A stretch of 64,000 bases of DNA from Rhodanobacter sp. (GCA_035530315.1 DATKVA010000160.1:11941-75940), one strand, 5' to 3'. Shown: positions 25,455 to 35,647, numbered from the stretch's first letter. Notes: generated by a model from the letters alone, not told the origin. Made by a program: numbers and translations.

Positions 25455-25511
25455 CAAACGATTGTTTGACGGCCGAGGAGTTGTCCGCGTATGCTCAAAC
25501 GATCGTTTGAA
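25455..25511. promoter_or_regulatory. Two PsrA-type operator palindromes
   Basis: CAAACGATTGTTTG (25455-25468) and perfect TCAAACGATCGTTTGA (25495-25510), matching CAAAC-N4-GTTTG. Confidence 0.8.
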
Positions 25512-25532
25512 CACGTTCGGCAACCCATCAAG

Positions 25533-26159
25533 ATGACCCCTCACCCGAACAACGTCGGCACAACCAAGGAACGCATACTCAGTGCGGCCGAAGTGCTGTT
25601 TGCCCGCCGCGGTTTCGACGGCGCCTCGCTGCGCCAGCTGACCGCCGCCGCAGGGGTCAACCTGGCCGCGGTGAATTACCACTTCGGCTCCAAGGACAAA
25701 TTGATCGAACAGGTGTTTCGTCGTCGGCTGGACGCTTTGAACGCCCGCCGGCTGGATGCGCTGTCCAGGGTGATCGGTACCGACAACACCACGCTTGAAG
25801 ATGTGCTGGATGCCTATATCCGCCCTGCGCTGGAACTTTCGCATGACGACAATGGTGCACTGTTCATGCGCGTGCTGGCCCGGGCGTTCGCCGAACACGA
25901 CGACACCCTGCGCCACTTCCTGTCCGAGAACTACGGTCATGTGATGCGTCAGTTCACCGCCGAGTTCGCGCGCTTGCTGCCGCAGTTGAGCAAGCCGGAG
26001 CTCTACTGGCGCATCGATCTGGTCACCGGCGCGCTGACCCACGCAATGTCCGGCTTCGGCATGATCCAGCGCAAGAGTGGCGTCAGCGAGAGCGTGCATC
26101 TCGAGCAGACTGCCCAGCACCTGATCCGTTTTGCCGTCGCCGGCCTCAGTCATCCCTAG
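25533..26159 (+). CDS. psrA: TetR-family regulator of fatty acid degradation (PsrA-like)
   Basis: TKERILSAAEVLFA..GF, VNLAAVNYHFGSK; PsrA boxes upstream; heads beta-oxidation genes. Confidence 0.8.
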   Translation: MTPHPNNVGTTKERILSAAEVLFARRGFDGASLRQLTAAAGVNLAAVNYHFGSKDKLIEQVFRRRLDALNARRLDALSRVIGTDNTTLEDVLDAYIRPALELSHDDNGALFMRVLARAFAEHDDTLRHFLSENYGHVMRQFTAEFARLLPQLSKPELYWRIDLVTGALTHAMSGFGMIQRKSGVSESVHLEQTAQHLIRFAVAGLSHP

Positions 26160-26237
26160 ATCAGCCATTACGGGTCGGCAACGACCGTATTGCCCCATTC
26201 GTTCATCCCATTCGTCATCGCACCATCGGAGAAGCCA

Positions 26238-28625
26238 ATGACCGCTGCATCATTACCCCAATCAGCGTTACGTATCCGCAAAGCCGCCGTACTGGGCGCT
26301 GGTGTCATGGGCGCGCAGATCGCTGCGCACCTGACCAACGCCGGCGTCGAAACCGTGCTGTTCGACCTGCCCGCGAAAGAGGGTCCGAAAAGCGGCATCG
26401 CGCTGAAGGCGATCGCCCACCTGACCAAGCTGTCGCCTGCCCCGCTGGCAGACAAGAACCTCGCCAGCGCAATCATCCCGGCCAACTACGATGAACATCT
26501 GGACCATCTAAAGGACGTCGATCTGGTGATCGAGGCGATCGCCGAGCGGATGGACTGGAAGCTCGACCTGTACAAGAAGATCGCCCCGCATCTGTCGAGG
26601 ACCGCGATCATCGCGTCCAACACCTCCGGCTTGTCGATCAACGGTCTGGCCGAGGCGCTGCCCGAAGAGATGCGCCATCGCTTCACCGGCGTGCACTTCT
26701 TCAACCCGCCGCGCTACATGCACCTGGTGGAAGTGATCCCGACCCGGCTCACCGATGCAGCTGTCGTCGATGGTCTGGAAGCGTTCCTCACCACCACCGT
26801 GGGCAAGGGCGTTGTAATCGCCAAGGACACTCCGAACTTCATCGGCAACCGCATCGGCGTGTTCTCGATGCTGGCCGCGATGCACCACACCGACCAGTTC
26901 AAGCTCGGCTTCGACACCGTCGACGCGCTGACCGGCCCGGCCCTGGGCCGTCCCAAGAGTGCGACCTACCGCACCGCCGACGTGGTCGGCCTGGACACCA
27001 TGGCGCACGTCATCAAGACCATGGCCGACACCCTGCCCGACGACCCGTGGCACCAGTACTTCAAGGCGCCAGTATGGCTGGCCGGGCTGATCGATAAAGG
27101 CGCGCTGGGCCAGAAGACCGGCGGTGGCTTCTACAAGAAGGTCGGCAAGGATATCGTGGTGCTCGACGTGGCAAAGGGCGATTTCCGCCCGTCCGAGCAG
27201 AAGCCGTCGGACGAGGTCGCCGCGATCCTGGCGATCCGCGACCCATCCGAGAAGTTCGCCAAGCTGCGCGCATCGAGCGACCCGCAGGCGCAGTTCCTGT
27301 GGGCCACGTTCCGCGACCTGTTCCACTACACCGCCTACCATCTGGCCGACATCGCCGACACCGCGCGCGACGTCGACTTCGCGATCCGCTGGGGCTACGG
27401 CTGGAAGCTCGGCCCATTCGAGACCTGGCAGGCCGCCGGCTGGCAGCAGGTCGCCGGCTGGATCAACGAGGACATCAAGGCCGGCAAGGCGATGAGCGAC
27501 GCGCCCTTGCCCGCTTGGGTCACCGACGGCCGCACCGGCGTGCACGGCAAGGCCGGCTCGTACTCGGCCAGTGCCGAGACCGACAAACCACGTTCGCAGC
27601 ATCCGGTCTACCGGCGTCAGCTGTTTCCCGATCCGCTGCTGGGCGAGAAGTTCGACCAGGGCACCACGGTGTGGGAAAACGAGGGCGTGCGGCTGTGGAC
27701 GCTGGGCGACGATGGTGTCGGCATCCTCTCGTTCAAGACCAAGATGAACACGGTCAACGATCATGTCCTCAACGGCGTGCAGGAGGCCATCAAGATCGCC
27801 GAACAGCAGCTCAAGGCGGTAGTGATCTGGCAGACCGGCGAGCCGTTCTCCGCCGGCGCCGATCTCAAGGGCGCGCTGGGCCTGCTGCAGGCCGGCAGGA
27901 TCGCCGACTTCGAGAAGATGGTGGAGAACTTCCAGCGCACCAGCATGGCGATCAAGTTCTCGCTGATACCGGTGGTCGCTGCCGTGCGCGGCATGGCCTT
28001 CGGCGGCGGCTGCGAGTTCCAGATGCATTCGGCGCGCACCGTGGCGGCGCTGGAAAGCTACATCGGCCTGGTCGAGGCCGGCGTGGGTCTGCTGCCGGCC
28101 GGCGGCGGCCTGCATGAACTGGCCGTGCGCGCGGCCAAGGCCAACCCGGGCGATCCGTTCGAGGAGCTGAAAAAGGTATTCGAGACCATCGCGATGGCCA
28201 AGGTCTCCACCAGCGCCTTCGAGGCGAAGAACCTCGGCCTGTTGCGCGACAGCGACGTGGTCGTGTTCAACAGCTTCGAGCTGCTGTACGTCGCCAAGCA
28301 GGTCGCCCGTGCGCTGGCCGAGAGCGGTTATCGCCCGCCCCTGCCCGGCCGCAACATCCCGGTCGCCGGCGATGTGGGCACCGCCACCTTCAAGGCCTCG
28401 CTGGCCAACCTGCAAGCCGGTTACTTCGCCTCGCCGCACGACATCGACATCGCCACGCGCATCGCCGACTGCCTCTGCGGTGGCGTGATCGAGCGCGGCT
28501 CGACCGTCGACGAGGAATGGCTGCTGGCGCTGGAGCGCAAGCACTTCGTGGCGCTGGCGCAGACCGAGAAGACCCAGGCACGCATCGCCCACACCATGAC
28601 CACCGGCAAGCCTTTGAGGAATTGA
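26238..28625 (+). CDS. 3-hydroxyacyl-CoA dehydrogenase / enoyl-CoA hydratase (FadN-type order)
   Basis: GAGVMG, SNTSG, HFFNPP, FIGNRIG, then crotonase motifs GGGCE and GLVEAGVGLLPAGGG. Confidence 0.93.
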   Translation: MTAASLPQSALRIRKAAVLGAGVMGAQIAAHLTNAGVETVLFDLPAKEGPKSGIALKAIAHLTKLSPAPLADKNLASAIIPANYDEHLDHLKDVDLVIEAIAERMDWKLDLYKKIAPHLSRTAIIASNTSGLSINGLAEALPEEMRHRFTGVHFFNPPRYMHLVEVIPTRLTDAAVVDGLEAFLTTTVGKGVVIAKDTPNFIGNRIGVFSMLAAMHHTDQFKLGFDTVDALTGPALGRPKSATYRTADVVGLDTMAHVIKTMADTLPDDPWHQYFKAPVWLAGLIDKGALGQKTGGGFYKKVGKDIVVLDVAKGDFRPSEQKPSDEVAAILAIRDPSEKFAKLRASSDPQAQFLWATFRDLFHYTAYHLADIADTARDVDFAIRWGYGWKLGPFETWQAAGWQQVAGWINEDIKAGKAMSDAPLPAWVTDGRTGVHGKAGSYSASAETDKPRSQHPVYRRQLFPDPLLGEKFDQGTTVWENEGVRLWTLGDDGVGILSFKTKMNTVNDHVLNGVQEAIKIAEQQLKAVVIWQTGEPFSAGADLKGALGLLQAGRIADFEKMVENFQRTSMAIKFSLIPVVAAVRGMAFGGGCEFQMHSARTVAALESYIGLVEAGVGLLPAGGGLHELAVRAAKANPGDPFEELKKVFETIAMAKVSTSAFEAKNLGLLRDSDVVVFNSFELLYVAKQVARALAESGYRPPLPGRNIPVAGDVGTATFKASLANLQAGYFASPHDIDIATRIADCLCGGVIERGSTVDEEWLLALERKHFVALAQTEKTQARIAHTMTTGKPLRN

Positions 28626-28657
28626 CGAGGTCTCATGCGATCCGCTTCTCCCACAGC

Positions 28658-28738
28658 CGGCATCCCAGCGAAAGCTGGGACCCAGTCACATCAAGCCAAA
28701 CCCAATGACACTGGATGCCAGCGTTCGCTGGCATGACG
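28658..28738. repeat. Paired CGTC/dRS3-like palindromic REP
   Basis: CATCCCAGCGAAAGCTGGGACCCAG ... CTGGATGCCAGCGTTCGCTGGCATGACG, inverted arms between the fad genes. Confidence 0.75.
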
Positions 28739-28790
28739 ATCAATAACCAAGCCCGTCGCAGCTGAAAGCGCGACGCCACGGAGCAGAAAA

Positions 28791-29996
28791 ATGACCAAGC
28801 AAGTGCAAGACGCCTACATTGTCGCCACCACCCGCACCCCGGTCGGCAAGGCGCCGCGCGGCGTGTTCCGCAACACCCGCCCGGACGACATGCTCGCCCA
28901 CGTGATCCGCGCCGTGATGGCGCAGTGCCCGGGCATCGATCCGCACCGCATCGGCGACGCCATCATCGGCTGCGCGATGCCGGAGGCCGAGCAAGGCATG
29001 AACGTGGCGCGCATCGGCGTGCTGCTGGCCGGCCTGCCCGACACCGTGCCCGGCGTCACCATCAACCGCTTCTGCTCGTCCGGCCTGCAGGCGGTGGCGA
29101 TGGCGGCCGACCGGATCCGCCTGGGCGAGGACGACCTGATGCTCGCCGGCGGTACCGAAAGCATGAGCATGGTGCCGATGATGGGCCACAAGATCGCGAT
29201 GAATCCGGCGATCTTCACCGACGAGAACATCGGCATCGCCTACGGCATGGGCATCACCGCCGAGAACGTGGCCAAGCAGTGGAAGGTCTCCCGCGAACAG
29301 CAGGACGCGTTCTCGGTGGAAAGCCACCGTCGCGCACTGGCCGCGATCGCCGCCGGCGAATTCAAGGAGGAGATCAGCCCGTTCGCGCTGGATGACCATT
29401 ATCCCGACCTCGCCACCCGCGGCATTGTCACCGACAGCCGCCGCATCGACACCGACGAAGGCCCGCGCGCCGGCACCACGCTGGACGTGCTGGCCAAGCT
29501 GAAGACCGTGTTCCGCAACGGCCAGTTCGGCGGCACCGTCACCGCGGGCAACTCCTCGCAGATGTCCGACGGCGCCGGCGCCGTGATGCTGGCCAGCGAG
29601 AAGGCCATCAAGGAATACAACCTTACCCCGCTGGCGCGCTTCGTCGGTTTCTCCGTCGCCGGCGTGCGGCCGGAAGTGATGGGCATCGGTCCCAAGGAAG
29701 CGATCCCGAAAGCGCTCAAGCAGTGTGGACTCAACCAGGATCAACTGGACTGGATCGAACTCAACGAGGCCTTCGCAGCGCAGGCACTGGCCGTGATGGG
29801 GGACCTGAAGCTCGACCCGGCCAAGGTCAATCCGCTCGGTGGTGCGATCGCGCTCGGCCATCCGCTTGGTGCCACCGGCGCCGTCCGCATCGCCACCCTC
29901 GTGCACGGCCTGCGTCGCCGCAAGCAGAAGTACGGCATGGTCACCATGTGCATCGGCACCGGCATGGGCGCAGCGGGGATTTTCGAAGCGCTTTGA
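28791..29996 (+). CDS. fadA: Acetyl-CoA C-acyltransferase (thiolase)
   Basis: NRFCSSG, NEAFA, GHPLGATG, MCIGTGMG. Confidence 0.95.
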   Translation: MTKQVQDAYIVATTRTPVGKAPRGVFRNTRPDDMLAHVIRAVMAQCPGIDPHRIGDAIIGCAMPEAEQGMNVARIGVLLAGLPDTVPGVTINRFCSSGLQAVAMAADRIRLGEDDLMLAGGTESMSMVPMMGHKIAMNPAIFTDENIGIAYGMGITAENVAKQWKVSREQQDAFSVESHRRALAAIAAGEFKEEISPFALDDHYPDLATRGIVTDSRRIDTDEGPRAGTTLDVLAKLKTVFRNGQFGGTVTAGNSSQMSDGAGAVMLASEKAIKEYNLTPLARFVGFSVAGVRPEVMGIGPKEAIPKALKQCGLNQDQLDWIELNEAFAAQALAVMGDLKLDPAKVNPLGGAIALGHPLGATGAVRIATLVHGLRRRKQKYGMVTMCIGTGMGAAGIFEAL

Positions 29997-30023
29997 CCGT
30001 TTCGAGCAGCACGGGAAACCGCC

Positions 30024-30056
30024 ACGGCGCCGCAGCGATGCGGCGCCGTTGTTCGT
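30024..30056 (+). terminator. Intrinsic terminator-like hairpin after the fad operon
   Basis: ACGGCGCCGCA-GCGA-TGCGGCGCCGT followed by TGTTCGT. Confidence 0.6.
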
Positions 30057-30125
30057 GATTGCGGCCAGCCATCACCGGGAAACGGTTCGCCGTGCCCAGC
30101 CCGCGACACTGAACGTACCGACGGC

Positions 30126-30437
30126 TCAGCGAAACAGCTGCAGCAAGGCCCAACTCACCAGCAGCGCGAAGTAACCGGAAATTCGCCAGAAACCCGCTCC
30201 CAGCACCGGCTCGCCGGTCATGGGAGAAGATGGGCTGAAACGGCGCGCGAAGTACTCGGGGAAAATCAGCTGCGCCGCTGCCAGCAGTGGCATGAACTCG
30301 ACATAGAAGGCACCCCTGCCGGCCCTCCAGATACTGGAAGATGCGGCAAGATCCAGTCCTGGCAACCAGCGCCTGAGGTGGACCAGCATCCCGAGCCACA
30401 GCAGCACCACAACGCCACCGATCGTCCGATGAACCAT
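30126..30437 (-). CDS. Small hypothetical membrane protein
   Basis: Three hydrophobic segments from MVHRTIGG; no family recognised. Confidence 0.4.
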   Translation of the reverse strand: MVHRTIGGVVVLLWLGMLVHLRRWLPGLDLAASSSIWRAGRGAFYVEFMPLLAAAQLIFPEYFARRFSPSSPMTGEPVLGAGFWRISGYFALLVSWALLQLFR

Positions 30438-30665
30438 GATTCCCGAGCTCCGCTGCCGGACCATGAGTCCGGATTCCGTTGAGACATCCCTGCGCCCGTG
30501 GATGGTCGAAATTTCCTCGGCACAGGCCGCCAGCGCCATTTTCATGAATGCATGATACCGGCCGGCGGCGGCGGCTCGCCAACAATCAAGATACCGGATG
30601 CCATTCAGTCCGGATGTGCGCAACCCGCGTCATCCCGCGGCCGATGTCCCGGTTGCGCCGCGGGC

Positions 30666-31241
30666 CTAGCGTTCGAACGCACCCTCGATGCGCCGATCGG
30701 GGATCAGCCACAGCAACGCCACCAGCACGTAAAGCAGTTGCCCGGCCCACGGCCGCCAGAACGTCAGCGCGATCCCGCTCAGATACAGCAGCGGCGAAAG
30801 CTTGCCTTTCCAGTCCGCACCGATCGCGCGCAGGAGCAGCGAGCCGGCTCCCTCCGTCGCGACCAGGGCTTGCTGCAGTATCCAGTAGGCAACGGCAGCC
30901 ATCAGCAGCACCGTGCCGTACACCATCGTCGGCGTGGCGGCGAAGTGATTTTCGCCCATCCACGCGGTGGTGAAGGGGAACAGCGACAGCCAGAACAGCA
31001 GGTGCAGATTGGCCCAGAGCACCGATCCCGAAATCCGGCGAATGGTAGCCAGCAGGTGATGGTGGTTGTTCCAGTAGATACCCACGTACACGAAGCTCAG
31101 CACATAGCTGAGCAATACGGGTGCCAGCGGCACCAGCGATGCCAGTGAATGCCCGGCCGGCACCTTCAGCTCCAGCACCATGATGGTAATGATGATCGCG
31201 ATGACTCCATCGCTGAATGCCTCCAGCCTGCCCTTCCCCAT
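30666..31241 (-). CDS. TMEM175-family (DUF1211) channel protein
   Basis: RLEAFSDGVIAIIITIMVLEL, IYWNNHHH. Confidence 0.92.
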   Translation of the reverse strand: MGKGRLEAFSDGVIAIIITIMVLELKVPAGHSLASLVPLAPVLLSYVLSFVYVGIYWNNHHHLLATIRRISGSVLWANLHLLFWLSLFPFTTAWMGENHFAATPTMVYGTVLLMAAVAYWILQQALVATEGAGSLLLRAIGADWKGKLSPLLYLSGIALTFWRPWAGQLLYVLVALLWLIPDRRIEGAFER

Positions 31242-31450
31242 GTGACGTCTCCAGGTTGACGCACGCCCGTCGTCGATCGGCTGCCAGCTTGCCTGATGGC
31301 TGGCCTGCTTGCACCGTGGTAGCACGCCCGGGACTGAGATGGGCACCAGTGCGGCCAAGCGGGCGTGCCCACCGTTTCATCCAGCCACGGATTACCGCGG
31401 TTACTATCCGTCCTTGACCGAGATATCACCAACACCGAGGGAGAAACGAC

Positions 31451-31879
31451 ATGACAGACAAACATGCAGGCACCTGCTTCTGCGGCGCTGTAGAGATCGA
31501 AGTCACCGGTACCCCCGAGGCAATGGGCTACTGCCATTGCAGTTCCTGCCGCTCCTGGTCGGCCGGACCGGTGAATGCCTTCACCCTGTGGAAGCCCGAG
31601 AACGTCAAAATCACCAAGGGTGCGCAATTCATCGGCCATTTCCAGAAGACGGAAAATAGCGACCGGCAGTTCTGCAGGCAATGCGGTGGACATCTGATGA
31701 GCGGTCACCCGACGCTCGGCCTGACCGACGTCTACGCAGCGACGATACCGAGCCTCCCCTTCATACCCGGTGTCCACGTGAACTATGCCGAAACCGTACT
31801 GCGAATGAAGGACGGGTTGACCAAACTGCGAGACTTCCCGGCTGAACTGGGCGGATCCGGACTGACCGTGCCCGAGTGA
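31451..31879 (+). CDS. GFA/CENP-V family protein
   Basis: GTCFCGAV, CHCSSCR, FCRQCG. Confidence 0.92.
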   Translation: MTDKHAGTCFCGAVEIEVTGTPEAMGYCHCSSCRSWSAGPVNAFTLWKPENVKITKGAQFIGHFQKTENSDRQFCRQCGGHLMSGHPTLGLTDVYAATIPSLPFIPGVHVNYAETVLRMKDGLTKLRDFPAELGGSGLTVPE

Positions 31880-31997
31880 CCGCTCCGAAACCGGGAAGCG
31901 GACGGTCAATCGCCGACAAGGCGACAGAGGGTTCAACGACCGTCCCCTTGTCGGCAACAAAAGGTAATCTGACGCCGGTTTCGGCAGGGCACACCTC

Positions 31998-32924
31998 ATG
32001 AGCAAAGGCACTCACGATTACCAGAGCGATCCGCGCAACGAGACGATCCGGATCAGCGTCAACGGCGAGCTGCGGCCGCGCAATGAGGCGCAGGTGTCGG
32101 TGTTCGACAGCGGCTTCGTGCTGGGCGACGGCATATGGGAAGGCTTGCGCCTGCACGACGGCGGGCTGCCGTTCCTGGATCAACACCTGGATCGTCTGTA
32201 CGAAGGCGCGCGTGCGATCGACCTCGACATCGGCCTCGATCGCGAGCAGCTGACCCGGCGCATCGTCGACACGCTGCGCGCCAACGGCATGCAGTCCGAC
32301 GTGCACATCCGGCTGATGGTGACCCGCGGCATCAAGGCCACGCCGCATCAGGATCCGCGCTTCGTGATCGGCGCCGCGACCATCGTCATCATCCCGGAAT
32401 ACAAGCAGCCGCTGCCGGCCACGGTCGAGCAAGGCATCCGCCTTTTCACCGTGCATGTGCGGCGCGGCGCGGCCGACGTGCAGGACCCGAAACTCAACAG
32501 CCACTCCAAGCTCAACTGCATCCTCGCCTGCATCCAGGCGCAGAAAGCCGGCTATGACGAAGCACTGATGCTCGACCCGCATGGCTTCGTGGCAACCTGC
32601 AACTCCACCCATTTCTTCATTGTGCGACGCGGTGAGGTGTGGACCTCGACGGGCGACTACTGCCTGGGCGGCATCACCCGCGCCAACGTGATCCGGCTGT
32701 GCCGCGCGCATGGCATTCCGGTGTTCGAGAAGAACTTCAGCCTCACCGAGGTCCATGGCGCGCAAGAAGCCTTCGTCACCGGCACCTTCGCTGGCGTGGT
32801 GCCGGTATCCGAGATCGATGGCCGCACGATGGGCGACGGCAAACGCGGCCCCATGGTCGAGCGGCTGCAACAGCACTACATGGATCTGGTGAAAACCGAA
32901 AGCCGGTCGGAACCCCGGGTATGA
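31998..32924 (+). CDS. Class IV (fold IV) PLP aminotransferase
   Basis: FDSGFVLGDGIWEG, HLDRL, KLNSHSKLN, GITR, EAFVTGT. Confidence 0.9.
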   Translation: MSKGTHDYQSDPRNETIRISVNGELRPRNEAQVSVFDSGFVLGDGIWEGLRLHDGGLPFLDQHLDRLYEGARAIDLDIGLDREQLTRRIVDTLRANGMQSDVHIRLMVTRGIKATPHQDPRFVIGAATIVIIPEYKQPLPATVEQGIRLFTVHVRRGAADVQDPKLNSHSKLNCILACIQAQKAGYDEALMLDPHGFVATCNSTHFFIVRRGEVWTSTGDYCLGGITRANVIRLCRAHGIPVFEKNFSLTEVHGAQEAFVTGTFAGVVPVSEIDGRTMGDGKRGPMVERLQQHYMDLVKTESRSEPRV

Positions 32925-33685
32925 GCTCGCCGCGCGATGGCCTGCGCATCGCCATGTGGTCGGGGCCACGCAACATCTCCACCGCGATGATGCGCGCCTG
33001 GGAAAACCGCGAGGACACGGCCGTCATCGACGAGCCGCTGTACGCGCACTATCTGCTCGAAACCGGCGTGCAGCATCCCGGACGCGACGCGGTGATCGCC
33101 GCGCAATGCAGCCACGCGGCGGAAGTCGCGGCGATGCTGACCGGCCCGATTCCGGACGGCAAGCCGATCTGGTACCAGAAGCACATGACCCAGCACATGC
33201 TGCCGGGCATGCCGCTGGACTGGCTCGACGATGTCTGCAACTGCTTCCTGATCCGCGAACCGGAAGCGGTGGTTGCCTCGTTCACCATCCAGCGCCCCGA
33301 CGCCGCCCCGTGGGAACTCGGCTTCGAACAGCAGACGCGACTGTTCGATCATGTTTGCGACCGGCTGGGCGCCGCGCCACCGGTCATCGACGCGACCGAC
33401 GTGTTGAAAGATCCCGCGGGCATCCTGCAGGCACTGTGCACGCGCCTGCGCATTCCGTTCAGCCCACGCATGCTGCACTGGCCACGCGGCCCGCGCGCCA
33501 GCGACGGCGTGTGGGCACCGCACTGGTACGCCGCGGTCGAGCGCTCCACCGGTTTCGCTCCCTGGCGCGAGCACGAACTCAGGCTGACCGCCTTCCAGCG
33601 CGGGCTGGCCGAACAATGCCGGGGGCATTACGAAAGGCTTGCTCCGCACCGACTGACCGCTGTGTGCGCGCCAGCGCCGCGCTGA
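32921..33685 (+). CDS. P-loop sulfotransferase-like protein
   Basis: MWSGPRNISTAMMRAW, DEPLY, YQKHM, LIREP, W..HWY; ATGA overlap with the aminotransferase. Confidence 0.85.
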   Translation: MSSPRDGLRIAMWSGPRNISTAMMRAWENREDTAVIDEPLYAHYLLETGVQHPGRDAVIAAQCSHAAEVAAMLTGPIPDGKPIWYQKHMTQHMLPGMPLDWLDDVCNCFLIREPEAVVASFTIQRPDAAPWELGFEQQTRLFDHVCDRLGAAPPVIDATDVLKDPAGILQALCTRLRIPFSPRMLHWPRGPRASDGVWAPHWYAAVERSTGFAPWREHELRLTAFQRGLAEQCRGHYERLAPHRLTAVCAPAPR

Positions 33686-33833
33686 CGGCATGGACCGCCG
33701 ATCCTGTTCCGGAATTTCCCGCGCGCCGTCGCCCTCGATGGAGGTATCGCCAGCATGCCAGGCGACATCCGGCAGGAAGATGCACGCCATCCCCTGATCC
33801 GGCCTCTGCCGACTTGTTGCCGGACGGGAAACC

Positions 33834-35162
33834 TCAGCCCACACCCTTCTTGTAGATCCGGCCGTTCTTGATCACGAACGCGATCTTGCGGGTGTTGTGG
33901 ATATCGTGGGTCGGGTCGGCGTTCAGCACCACCAGGTCGGCGCGCTTGCCGGGGGCGATCGTGCCGCGTTGCGCCGACTGCCCCATCGCGGCCGCACTGA
34001 TTTGCGTGGCGGCACGGATCGCCTCGATCGGCGTGAAGCCGCAATGCTCCACCAGCAGGGCCATTTCCGTGTGCACCAGAGGCAAGGCATTCAGATCCGG
34101 TCCGTGCGCATCGGCGGCGAGTCCCGAACTGTCGGTGCCAACATCGATCAATACCCCGTGCTGGTGCGCCAGCCGGGTCACGGCATAGCTCCACGGCATG
34201 ATGCCGGCACCCACCTTCCCGGGATCGTGTTCCGCCTCCTGCTTGAACGGCAGCAGCGTCGCATCGAGTATCGTGCCGCGCTGCTTCATCGCCTTGAACA
34301 ACGCGAGGATCGGCGGCGCATCCGGCCGGATGTGTGCGAAATCGCCCATCGCGCGCACCCGGTAGTCGTCCGGCACCTTCGGCGCCGCAGCCCAGACCAG
34401 ATACGGGCTGTGCGACAAGGTATCGGCGCCGGCGGCCACCGCATCGGCCGGCGACGCCGGGAAAATCGTCGCATGCGTCCACACCCGCAGGCCCTGGCGA
34501 TGCGCCTCGGCGGTGATCCTCGTCACCAGGTTCGCGGGCAGGTTCGCGTACAGCTTGAGCGCGGTCGCCCCGGTGCCCTTCGCTTCGGCGACGGCGAGCG
34601 GGATGTCGGTGGCTGCGCCGATCGCCTGCATCCATGGCGCAAAGCCCAGCCGCTCGCCGGCGGAAGCTTGCTGCGCGCGTGCGTCTTCGGCAAAGAACGT
34701 GGGTCCGGCCATCAGCGCCACATGGTAGATGTCCGGCGACGCCAGAGCATCCGAGTTCGCCTCGTACGCGAGATAGCCGATCAGGCGGTCGTCGCCCGCC
34801 ATGTCGCGCACGGCGGTGACGCCGCCCTGCAGCAGCGCCCGCAAATGCGGCACGTAGTGTGCGAAATCCGGTTCGGCACCAGTGAGGTGCACGTGCGCGT
34901 CGATCAGACCGGGGATGACAAAACGCCCGCGGAGGTCTTCCACGTGCGCGCCTTTCGGTGCCGCCCGGCTGCCGTCCGGATAGATCGCTGCGATGTGCCT
35001 GCCGTCGATCGCGATCGTCATGCCCGGCTTCGCTGGCGCTCCGGTGCCATCGATCACCGCGACATGTGTCAGCAGCAAGGCCGGCGCGGTGGCGAACGCC
35101 GGCGCGGCCAGTGCGGACAACATCAGCAGCGCCAGGCGCTTCATCAACGTGCTTGCAGACAT
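33834..35162 (-). CDS. Exported amidohydrolase-family protein
   Basis: Signal peptide, PGLIDAHVH, GTD, GTIAPGKRADLVVL; start ATG 35162. Confidence 0.9.
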   Translation of the reverse strand: MSASTLMKRLALLMLSALAAPAFATAPALLLTHVAVIDGTGAPAKPGMTIAIDGRHIAAIYPDGSRAAPKGAHVEDLRGRFVIPGLIDAHVHLTGAEPDFAHYVPHLRALLQGGVTAVRDMAGDDRLIGYLAYEANSDALASPDIYHVALMAGPTFFAEDARAQQASAGERLGFAPWMQAIGAATDIPLAVAEAKGTGATALKLYANLPANLVTRITAEAHRQGLRVWTHATIFPASPADAVAAGADTLSHSPYLVWAAAPKVPDDYRVRAMGDFAHIRPDAPPILALFKAMKQRGTILDATLLPFKQEAEHDPGKVGAGIMPWSYAVTRLAHQHGVLIDVGTDSSGLAADAHGPDLNALPLVHTEMALLVEHCGFTPIEAIRAATQISAAAMGQSAQRGTIAPGKRADLVVLNADPTHDIHNTRKIAFVIKNGRIYKKGVG

Positions 35163-35620
35163 GTGCGCTTTCCCCTGGTGCGTGTGGTGCATGGCTGATG
35201 CACCTTGAAGTACGGCATCAGAATGCTGTTTCACGGAAAGTGCAAGCGCCCCCTGCCGGTCCCCCGGCGGCAAGCATGTTCACCTGACGAGAAAAGGCCG
35301 GGCGGCTTCGCCCCCTTCGCACCGTCCCGCTCGTCCGATGGCGCCATGGCATTCAGCACGGCCCGCTGGCCTGCGCTCGAACAACAGCGTCAGCAGCCCG
35401 GACGCCACCCCTCATTATCGTTCGCATGCCCCCTTCCCGCGCGCCCGCGCCAGGATCCCGGCGTGAACGCCATGCGGATAGAACCCCTTCAATCCGCCCC
35501 GCCAGCTGGGGTCAACCTGCCTGGAGATAGTGAACCCGACACCGGTTTCTCCCATCGCGCGAGGTGTCGCCAGCAGACGGTAACCGTGTATCAGACGCGC
35601 AGTATCAGACGCGCACGGGC

Positions 35621-35647
35621 AAAGGCCGGGGCCTGCATGGTCCCGGC
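35621..35647 (-). terminator. Terminator-like hairpin downstream of the small lipoprotein
   Basis: Minus strand GCCGGGACC-ATGCA-GGCCCCGGC-CTTT. Confidence 0.5.

Noticed and set aside
26508-28592. 694-aa antisense ORF (likewise 18103-20010, 52081-54210, 60685-62733)
   Set aside because: Shadow frames of well-supported opposite-strand genes in high-GC DNA; no family motifs
30666-31241. Bacterial homologue of lysosomal TMEM175 as a novelty
   Set aside because: Prokaryotic TMEM175 channels are widespread and already characterised
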